64,000 nucleotides of DNA from Gaiellaceae bacterium (GTDB lineage Bacteria > Actinomycetota > Thermoleophilia > Gaiellales > Gaiellaceae). The position numbers and the translations under genes are program-made. The notes under the pieces are model-generated. The model was not told the DNA's origin and did no database searches. It worked only from the letters and a program-made list of their open reading frames with translations. Within the stretch, counting starts at the first letter, position 1; the number at the start of each line of letters is the position of its first letter. Below are positions 27,887 to 34,513 of the stretch, one piece after another. The DNA lies in assembly GCA_035573355.1 (NCBI GenBank), contig DATMZV010000020.1, positions 5,917 to 69,916 of the forward strand, in the 5' to 3' direction.

Positions 27887-28405
27887 CTAGGGAGCGACGC
27901 TCGCGCAGACGACCCATGCCTGCACGGCCCAGTTGCCAGCGTTCCCGCCAGTCGACTCGCGACCGGTCGCGATCCAGCCCGTGCCGGCATCGGTCGGTCG
28001 GCTCGTCGAGAGGAAAGTGTTCGTGGTCGTGCCGGTCAGCGTGCCGCCGCCCCCCACCGCGTGCTTACCAGACGGGCAATCAACCTGGAAGCTTTTCGGC
28101 CCGGTGCTGTTGGAGGGCCCGGTCGACGAAGTCTGCGACAGCCCGGTCACACCCGGCGGCCCCTGCGGCCCGGCCGCACCCGCAGGTCCCTGCGGTCCCT
28201 TCGGGATCTGCCCGGTCGCGAAATCGACCGCGCGGAGTGACCGGTTTTGCACCTTGGCTGAATTGACGGCGTTGGCCTTCAGCTGAGCCGGGCCGACGCT
28301 GTTACGCGGCAGCGCGGTGGAGACTGCGTAGGCGCCTCCGCTCAGCGCGACCGCGAGCGCGAGACACGCTACGACCAGCGCGGGTGACGGCGGCCTGAGA
28401 CGCAT
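27887..28405 (-). CDS. Secreted protein with short collagen-like G-X-Y run
   Basis: 172 aa. Signal peptide MRLRPPSPALVVACLALAVALSGGAYA. GPQGPAGAAGPQGPPGVTG (6 triplets). Two-Cys C-terminal domain. Confidence 0.65.
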   Translation of the reverse strand: MRLRPPSPALVVACLALAVALSGGAYAVSTALPRNSVGPAQLKANAVNSAKVQNRSLRAVDFATGQIPKGPQGPAGAAGPQGPPGVTGLSQTSSTGPSNSTGPKSFQVDCPSGKHAVGGGGTLTGTTTNTFLSTSRPTDAGTGWIATGRESTGGNAGNWAVQAWVVCASVAP

Positions 28406-28418
28406 TACCGACGAGTCT

Positions 28419-31196
28419 TCACGAGCAGCCGGTGTTCGTGCCGCAGTCCCGACAGGTGTAACAGGACCCGGTCCGCACCATCCGCCCGCCGCACTTGGCG
28501 CACTCCTGCGCGTCCTCGAACGCGTTGAAGAGCGCGGTCTGCCCGGGTGGGGCCATCTCCGCCGGCGCCTTGATCGACTGAGGCGCGTCCCCGCCGTTGC
28601 GATAGCCCTCCGCTAGGCGGGCTCGCACCTCGGCCGACAGGATTCCGATCTCCTCCTGCTGGTCGACGGTCAGGAACTTCTTGCCCATCCACCTGAAGAT
28701 GTAGTCGACGATCGACTTCGCGGCCCGGATGTCCGGATCGTTCGTCATCCCGCTCGGCTCGAAGCGCATGTGCGCGAACTTCGAGACATAGACCTCGAGC
28801 GGCACGCCGTACTGCATGCCGAGCGATACCGAGATCATGATCGAGTTCATCAGGCCGGCGAGGGTCGTGCCCTCCTTGGCGATGTCCACGAAGATGTCTC
28901 CGGGCGTCCCGTCCTCGTACAGACCGACGTGGATGTAGCCCTCGTAGTCGCCGACGCGGAACTTGCGGCCGACCTCGACTCGATCCTCCGGCAGCCGGCG
29001 CCTGCGCGTCGCCGGCAGCGGCGGAGCTGCGGTCGCGGCGTCGAGCAGCGTCGTTGCGCCGCCGTCCTTCTTGCCTGACAGCGGCTGCGCGACCTTGCAG
29101 TTGTCGCGGTAGATCGCAATCGCCTTCACGCCGAGCTTCCACGAGTCGACGAAGAGCTTCGCCACTTCATCCACGGTCGCGGTCTCCGGCAGGTTCACGG
29201 TCTTCGAGATCGCGCCCGAGATGAACGGCTGAACGGCGCCCATCATCTTGGTGTGGCCGGTGTAGTGGATCGCCCGGTCGCCGACCGCGCAGTCGAACAC
29301 CGGATAGTGCTCGGCCTTCACGTACGGCGCACCGACGACGGTGTTCCGCTCGTCGACGAACGCGACGATCTCTTCGCCCTCGGCCGGCGTGTAGCCAAGC
29401 TTCTCGAGCGCCATCTGCACCGACTTGTTCACGATCGTGATCTCGCCGCCGCCGACGAGCTTCTTCGACTTCACCAGTGAGAAGTCGGGCTCGACGCCGG
29501 TCGTGTCGCAATCCATCATGAAGCTGATCGTCCCGGTCGGCGCGAGCACCGTCGCCTGCGCGTTCCGGTAGCCGTTCACCTCGCCGATGTTCAGTACGTC
29601 GTCCCAGGCCTGGCGGCAAGCGGTCAAGAGATCGGCCGGAATCACGTCGGAGTCCTGGATGTTCCCGACCGCGGCGCGATGCTGCGCCATGACACCGATC
29701 ATCGCCGCTGCGTTCGGCTTGTAGCCGGCGAACGGTCCCATCCGGCCCGCGATCTCCGCGGACTTGCGATACGCACGTCCCGTCATCAGCCCGGTGATCG
29801 CAGCTGCGTACGCGCGGCCCTCGTCGGAGTCGTACGGGAGCCCGCGTGCCATCAGCAGCGCGCCGAGGTTCGCGTAGCCGAGCCCGAGCTGGCGGTAGGC
29901 CTTCGCGTTCTTCTCGATCTCCGGCGTCGGGTACGACGAGTTGCCGACCGCGATCTCCTGCGCGAGGAACATGACGTCGACCGCATGCGTGAAGGCCTCG
30001 ACGTCGAGCTCGCCGTCCTCGCGGCGGAACTTCATCAGGTTCAGCGAGGCGAGGTTGCACGCGCTGTCGTCGATCGACATGTACTCCGAGCACGGGTTCG
30101 ACGCGTTGATGCGGCTCGTGTTCGGCAGCGTGTGCCAGTTGTTGATCGTCGTGTCGTACTGCACGCCCGGATCGGCGCACTGCCAGGCCGCCTCGGCCAT
30201 GTCCTTGATGATCTTGCGCGCCTTGACCGTCTCGACGACCGCGCCGTCGGTCCTGGCCGTCAGGTTCCAGTCGCCGTCGGACTCGACGGCCTCCATGAAC
30301 GCGTCGGTGACGCGCACCGAGTTGTTCGCGTTCTGGTACTGGATCGACGCCCAGTCCGGTGAGTCGAGCGACATGTCGTAGCCGGCCTGCTCGAGGACGC
30401 GCGCCTTCTTCTCCTCGTGCGACTTGCACCAGATGAACTCCTCGATGTCGGGATGGTCGACGTCGAGCACGACCATCTTCGCCGCGCGCCGCGTCTTGCC
30501 GCCGGACTTGATCGTCCCGGCCGACGCGTCTGCGCCGCGCATGAAGGAGACCGGCCCGGAGGCGTAGCCGCCCTTCGAGAGCTGCTCCTTCGAGGAGCGA
30601 AGCTTGGAGAGGTTGACACCCGAGCCGGAGCCGCCGCGGAAGATGACGCCCTCGCGCCGGATCCAGTCGAGGATCGAGTCCATCGAGTCGTCGATCGAGA
30701 GGATGAAGCAGGCCGAGCACTGCGGCTTCTCCTCGAAGCCGACGTTGAACCAGACCGGCGAGTTGAAGGAGGCGAGCTGGTTGACGAGGATCGCCTTGAG
30801 CTCGGACTCGAAGGTCTCGGCCTCTTCATCGGTCGCGAAGTAGCCGTCGGCGCGGCCCCAGCCGGAGATCGTGTCGACCACCCGGCCGATCATCTGCTTG
30901 ACGCTCCGCTCGCGCTCGGGCGAGGTCATGCGGCCGCGGAAATACTTCTGGGCGACGATATTCGTCGCAGTTTGCGACCAGAACTTCGGGAACTCGACTT
31001 CCTTCTGGTCGAAGACCGGCTTTTCCTTGCCGGGGATGAAGGCGTCGCGGACCTCCCATTCGATCTCGTCGAACGGGTCGCGGCCCGGGATCGTGAAGTA
31101 GCGGCGGACGGCGAGACTCGCCGTCTTGTCCACGACGGTGTTCTCCGCAAGCGTCTCTGCGGGTGCCTGAGTCTCCTGTGTCTTGGCGGTCGCCAT
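28419..31196 (-). CDS. nrdJ: Class II (adenosylcobalamin-dependent) ribonucleotide reductase
   Basis: Start at MATAKTQE (31196), giving 925 aa. WSQTATNIVAQKYF, active-site ASNPCSEY, C-terminal Cys-rich tail CAKCGGRMVRTGSCYTCRDCG. The 95 upstream codons of the listed ORF are leader sequence. Confidence 0.9.
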   Translation of the reverse strand: MATAKTQETQAPAETLAENTVVDKTASLAVRRYFTIPGRDPFDEIEWEVRDAFIPGKEKPVFDQKEVEFPKFWSQTATNIVAQKYFRGRMTSPERERSVKQMIGRVVDTISGWGRADGYFATDEEAETFESELKAILVNQLASFNSPVWFNVGFEEKPQCSACFILSIDDSMDSILDWIRREGVIFRGGSGSGVNLSKLRSSKEQLSKGGYASGPVSFMRGADASAGTIKSGGKTRRAAKMVVLDVDHPDIEEFIWCKSHEEKKARVLEQAGYDMSLDSPDWASIQYQNANNSVRVTDAFMEAVESDGDWNLTARTDGAVVETVKARKIIKDMAEAAWQCADPGVQYDTTINNWHTLPNTSRINASNPCSEYMSIDDSACNLASLNLMKFRREDGELDVEAFTHAVDVMFLAQEIAVGNSSYPTPEIEKNAKAYRQLGLGYANLGALLMARGLPYDSDEGRAYAAAITGLMTGRAYRKSAEIAGRMGPFAGYKPNAAAMIGVMAQHRAAVGNIQDSDVIPADLLTACRQAWDDVLNIGEVNGYRNAQATVLAPTGTISFMMDCDTTGVEPDFSLVKSKKLVGGGEITIVNKSVQMALEKLGYTPAEGEEIVAFVDERNTVVGAPYVKAEHYPVFDCAVGDRAIHYTGHTKMMGAVQPFISGAISKTVNLPETATVDEVAKLFVDSWKLGVKAIAIYRDNCKVAQPLSGKKDGGATTLLDAATAAPPLPATRRRRLPEDRVEVGRKFRVGDYEGYIHVGLYEDGTPGDIFVDIAKEGTTLAGLMNSIMISVSLGMQYGVPLEVYVSKFAHMRFEPSGMTNDPDIRAAKSIVDYIFRWMGKKFLTVDQQEEIGILSAEVRARLAEGYRNGGDAPQSIKAPAEMAPPGQTALFNAFEDAQECAKCGGRMVRTGSCYTCRDCGTNTGCS

Positions 31197-31329
31197 CCTG
31201 TTCCTCCCGAGCCTAGTCCTATGGATATGGATCTCGATCGGTGTGGTGTTGCGTCTTCTAGGAGGCGCCGCCGACCGGGATCTGGACCTTAGAAACCGGC
31301 CCGGACGTAACCCCAAGTGTAGCCGCGAG

Positions 31330-31388
31330 GCCGCTTTCCAAGCCGGGTTCCGGCCGTTCGGACATGTGCCAGGGACAGTCCCTCGGAC
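31330..31388 (-). promoter_or_regulatory. Conserved leader element, copy 1 (upstream of nrdJ)
   Basis: Sense strand GAGGGACTGTCCCTGGCACATGTCCGAACGGCCGGAACCCGGCTTGGAAAGCGG, palindrome core at 31371..31383. Near-identical to the copy at 36978..37026. Confidence 0.45.
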
Positions 31389-31449
31389 CCCTCGATGGAG
31401 TGATTCCCCGCAAGTTGTGGCAACTCCGTCGGTCTCCTCCGCTGACGCG

Positions 31450-32835
31450 ATGCGGCCCCGACAGATCACCGGTTGGCTCACGCCGTTGGCTGCGGTTGCC
31501 TTGGTGCTGGCCTGCGGGCCCGCTCAGGCTCCGGCAGCCGTCTGCGTGACGGTCACGCCGGGGATCGACCTCGGGTGCCGCGACGAGCAGGGTGCGCCCG
31601 CTGGAGGGGAACCGACGGCAAGCTCGGAGCCGGCGGGCGCACCCACGGAACCCGAGCCGGCGAGGAGGAACTCGACTGTGGTGCGGTACGACCCGCGTCG
31701 GATCGCAGTCACCTTCAAGCCCGGCGTGACGCGGACGCGGATTCGGTCCGTCATCTCCGCTGCGGGCGGGACGCTCGAGACGGCCATCCCGCAGATCAGG
31801 GCGTACCTCGTCGGTGTCGAGCCGGAGCACCGAGCCGAGGTGCTGGCCGCACTGCAGTCGTACCCCGCGGTCGCGAACGCGGCGAAAGAGCCGATCGCCG
31901 AAGCGTTCGACACGAGCCCCGACGACACGGACTGGCCGCAGCAGGCCGGCCTCCGCGTTGCGGGCTTCCCGAAGGCTTGGGACGTGACGCAGGGCTCGAG
32001 CAAGATCGTCGTCGCCGTCATCGACACCGGCGTCGACGCGCATCACCCGGATCTACGCGGCGCGCTCGTGCCGGGCTGGGACTTCGTCGGCAACGACCCC
32101 GATCCCGCGGACGACCACGGGCACGGCACCGCAGTCGCGGGCGTGATCGGCGCGCGCTCGAACAACCGCGCGGGCGTCGCCGGCATCTGCTGGCGCTGTC
32201 TCCTGATGCCGATCAAGGTGCTCGACTCGAAAGGGAACGGCGACGACACGCTGATCGCTGCCGGAATCGTGTGGGCGGTGAACCACGGCGCGCGCGTACT
32301 CAACCTCAGCCTCGGCGGTCCGGGGTCAAGCGTTGAGCTCGGGAACGCGCTGACGTATGCAGCGAACAAGGGTGTGGTCGTCGTCGCGGCGTCCGGCAAC
32401 GCGGGCGTTACGACTCAGTTCTTCCCGGCCGCCGACCCGCACGCGGTGAGTGTTGCGGCTACAACGGTCGCCGACCAGCGCTACTCCTGGTCGAACTTCG
32501 GCGCGTGGGTGCGGCTCGCCGCCCCGGGCTGCAACGTGGCCCCGATTCTCGGCGGCGGCTACGGCAACTTCTGCGGCACCTCGTCCGCCGCACCGGTCGT
32601 TGCCGGTCTGGTTGCGCTCGAGCTGAGCGCGCAGCCGACTGCAACCGCCCAAGAGGCCGAGGACGCGTTGGCGCGCGCGGCCTTCCCGCTTCACGCATTC
32701 GTGCAGTACGGCCGGATCGACGCCGGCAAGACGCTCGCGCTGCTTCATCCGGCGAGTGCGAGTGCGACCTGCAGTCGCAAGGCCTCGCGACCCCGGGCAC
32801 CCAGGCGGTGCAAAGCCGCTCCCTCGAACGAGTGA
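31450..32835 (+). CDS. Secreted subtilisin-like serine protease (S8) with I9-like propeptide
   Basis: Start at MRPRQITGWLTPLAAVALVLACG (31450). Triad motifs VAVIDTGVD, HGTAVAG, GTSSAAP. Confidence 0.85.
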   Translation: MRPRQITGWLTPLAAVALVLACGPAQAPAAVCVTVTPGIDLGCRDEQGAPAGGEPTASSEPAGAPTEPEPARRNSTVVRYDPRRIAVTFKPGVTRTRIRSVISAAGGTLETAIPQIRAYLVGVEPEHRAEVLAALQSYPAVANAAKEPIAEAFDTSPDDTDWPQQAGLRVAGFPKAWDVTQGSSKIVVAVIDTGVDAHHPDLRGALVPGWDFVGNDPDPADDHGHGTAVAGVIGARSNNRAGVAGICWRCLLMPIKVLDSKGNGDDTLIAAGIVWAVNHGARVLNLSLGGPGSSVELGNALTYAANKGVVVVAASGNAGVTTQFFPAADPHAVSVAATTVADQRYSWSNFGAWVRLAAPGCNVAPILGGGYGNFCGTSSAAPVVAGLVALELSAQPTATAQEAEDALARAAFPLHAFVQYGRIDAGKTLALLHPASASATCSRKASRPRAPRRCKAAPSNE

Positions 32836-32897
32836 TTCGGCGCAAGTGCTGCGCAGGGAGGCGGTCAACTCGAATGATGTCTACGAAAGAAGGAGCC

Positions 32898-33830
32898 ATG
32901 AGATCAAGACATATGGTCGTGATCGTCGCAGTCGTGGCGCTCACTCTCGGTACGGCGCAGACGGCGCTGGCCGACAACAACGCGACGGGGTCGACCGGCG
33001 CAGTCCAGACCGGTCCCGTCGGAGTCACACCGACTGTCGGTCCGAATCAGGCGGGCGCGACTGCCGCCGCGTCCGTGCCCGTCAGCATCGGTGGTTCGGG
33101 CAACAACACCGCCACGAACTCGACCGGCGCCGTTCAGGCCGGTGGCGGGAACACGTCGAATAATTCGACCGGCACCGCGCAGGTCAGCTCCGTGCACGCC
33201 TCACCGTCGGCGTCCGCCGGAGCTTCGGGCAACAACGTGAGTGCAAGCGTTCCCGTGACGGTCGGCGGTAACGGCAGCAACAACGCTTCGGGCTCGGCCG
33301 GTGCCGCTCAGATCGGGGGAGGCAACTCTTCCACCGGTTCGACCGGTGTGTTCCAGTCGGGTGGCGTGACGGCAGGACCTGCCGTCGGTGCAGGCGGAAC
33401 GACCACCTCGGCACCGGTGACGCTCGGCGGCGACGGCACGAACACCGCGACCGACTCGATCGGTGCGGCGCAGCTCGGTGGTGGGAACAACGCGGCCGGT
33501 TCGATGGGAACGGCGCAGTCCGGTCCGTTCGCGACGTTCCTGTCGGTCGACTCGGCAGCGCTCGAGCCGGATCCCGCTTCAGGCACTTCGGCCGGCTCGC
33601 CGTCCTCTACGGCTGTCGGTCTGCCGCAGCCCGGCAGCCGGGCGGCTGAAGGCGCACCGAACCGGACTCGCAATACGTTCGGCGCCACGAAGTCGCCGAC
33701 CGGTGGGACACGCACGCTTGCCCAGCTCCCGTTCACGGGGCTCGGCCTGTTGCTCATCGCGCTTCTCGGGCTCGCAATGCTGGCGACGGGTCTCACGACC
33801 CGCGCGCGCACGAACCTGAGCAGCGTCTAG
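32898..33830 (+). CDS. Repeat-rich surface protein with LPFTG sorting-signal-like C-terminus
   Basis: ATG 32898 behind AAGGAG. Signal peptide, three ~45-aa units containing Q-x-G-G-G-N-x-(S/A). C-terminal LPFTG + hydrophobic helix + RARTN tail. Confidence 0.75.
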   Translation: MRSRHMVVIVAVVALTLGTAQTALADNNATGSTGAVQTGPVGVTPTVGPNQAGATAAASVPVSIGGSGNNTATNSTGAVQAGGGNTSNNSTGTAQVSSVHASPSASAGASGNNVSASVPVTVGGNGSNNASGSAGAAQIGGGNSSTGSTGVFQSGGVTAGPAVGAGGTTTSAPVTLGGDGTNTATDSIGAAQLGGGNNAAGSMGTAQSGPFATFLSVDSAALEPDPASGTSAGSPSSTAVGLPQPGSRAAEGAPNRTRNTFGATKSPTGGTRTLAQLPFTGLGLLLIALLGLAMLATGLTTRARTNLSSV

Positions 33831-34387
33831 TAGGAGGGTCCTGCGGGTGGCGGATCTACCGCCGCCCGCCGGGCCTGCATCCGGCGAGCGAAAAAGCTGA
33901 TTCCGGCGGCCGCCATCAACGCAATTGCGAGGCCGCCGAGTACGAGCAGGGGGACCGGAACCGAGTCTGCGGTGTTCGGGCCGAGCGTGTGTGCGACCCA
34001 GTGGAAGACGCCGCCGCTGCCGCCCGATCCGCCCGATCCGCCGCCGCCACCACCGCCACCGCCGCCGCCACCGCCGAATCCTGGAACCGGGGTGTCATTG
34101 TCGACATGGCCGTTGTGCTTTCTGATGGTGTTCGCAAGTGCGCGGTTGAGATCGTCGCGCAGCGTTCCGTAGACCAGCTGATCCTCGGGGATGGTCTTCA
34201 GAGCTTCGCGGTAACAGTGCACCGGGTAGGTCTTGTCGACGCGCCCGTCGACGAGCCAGTCGTGCACGAGCGCCTTCGAGCAGATGGACAGCGAGCGCGC
34301 CTGTGCCGGCTGTGCTGTCGTCCCGAGTGCGGCACCGATGGCGAGGGCTGCGGCAACGAGGATGAGGGGTCTCAAAGATCTGGGCAT
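33827..34387 (-). CDS. Secreted, membrane-anchored protein with 22-residue Gly/Ser linker
   Basis: 186 aa. Signal peptide, small 2-Cys domain, G13-SGGSGGSGG, C-terminal TM helix and basic tail. Confidence 0.6.
   Translation of the reverse strand: MPRSLRPLILVAAALAIGAALGTTAQPAQARSLSICSKALVHDWLVDGRVDKTYPVHCYREALKTIPEDQLVYGTLRDDLNRALANTIRKHNGHVDNDTPVPGFGGGGGGGGGGGGGSGGSGGSGGVFHWVAHTLGPNTADSVPVPLLVLGGLAIALMAAAGISFFARRMQARRAAVDPPPAGPSY
34010..34075 (-). repeat. GGC/GGT triplet-repeat tract encoding poly-Gly/Ser
   Basis: 66 nt made only of GCC/ACC/TCC(GAT)-type triplets on the plus strand. Confidence 0.8.
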
Positions 34388-34473
34388 GCGGGGGCCGGGC
34401 TGCGGCTTAGCGGGAGACTCTAACGACGATCTTGCCCACCCTGCCGGATGGGAGTGAGCGTGCCATGAGTCAC

Positions 34474-34492
34474 TTGTAAGCCCTTTGTAAGC
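34474..34492 (+). promoter_or_regulatory. Direct repeat TTGTAAGC x2, 11-bp register
   Basis: TTGTAAGC-CCT-TTGTAAGC, 22-40 nt upstream of the O-antigen-ligase-like start. Confidence 0.25.
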
Positions 34493-34513
34493 GGGCCGGA
34501 TCTGCTCATTTCC

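Noticed and set aside
29167-30720. 517-aa alternative-frame ORF inside nrdJ, plus similar long antisense or alternate-frame ORFs (e.g. 9239..10426, 17141..18187, 34565..35755, 47169..48434, 54593..55825, 59371..60885)
   Set aside because: All overlap genes with clear family motifs and have Arg/Gly/Pro-dominated low-complexity translations. This is expected in DNA of about 70% GC.
31361-31378. Sigma-54 promoter suggested by the TGGCAC in the conserved element
   Set aside because: No TTGC/GC -12 element follows at the required 5-nt spacing, and Actinomycetota generally lack RpoN.
31371-31383. Canonical DosR box
   Set aside because: The half-sites match (GGGAC/GTCCC) but are separated by 1 nt instead of 4, so it cannot be the mycobacterial-type site. 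It is kept only as an analogy in the findings.
31197-31449. NrdR boxes or a cobalamin riboswitch in the nrdJ leader
   Set aside because: The small AT-rich patch CCTATGGATATGGATC matches the NrdR consensus (acaCwAtATaTwGtgt) only weakly, and no second box at the usual spacing was found. No B12-box-like sequence is visible. This cannot be excluded without a covariance-model or PWM scan.
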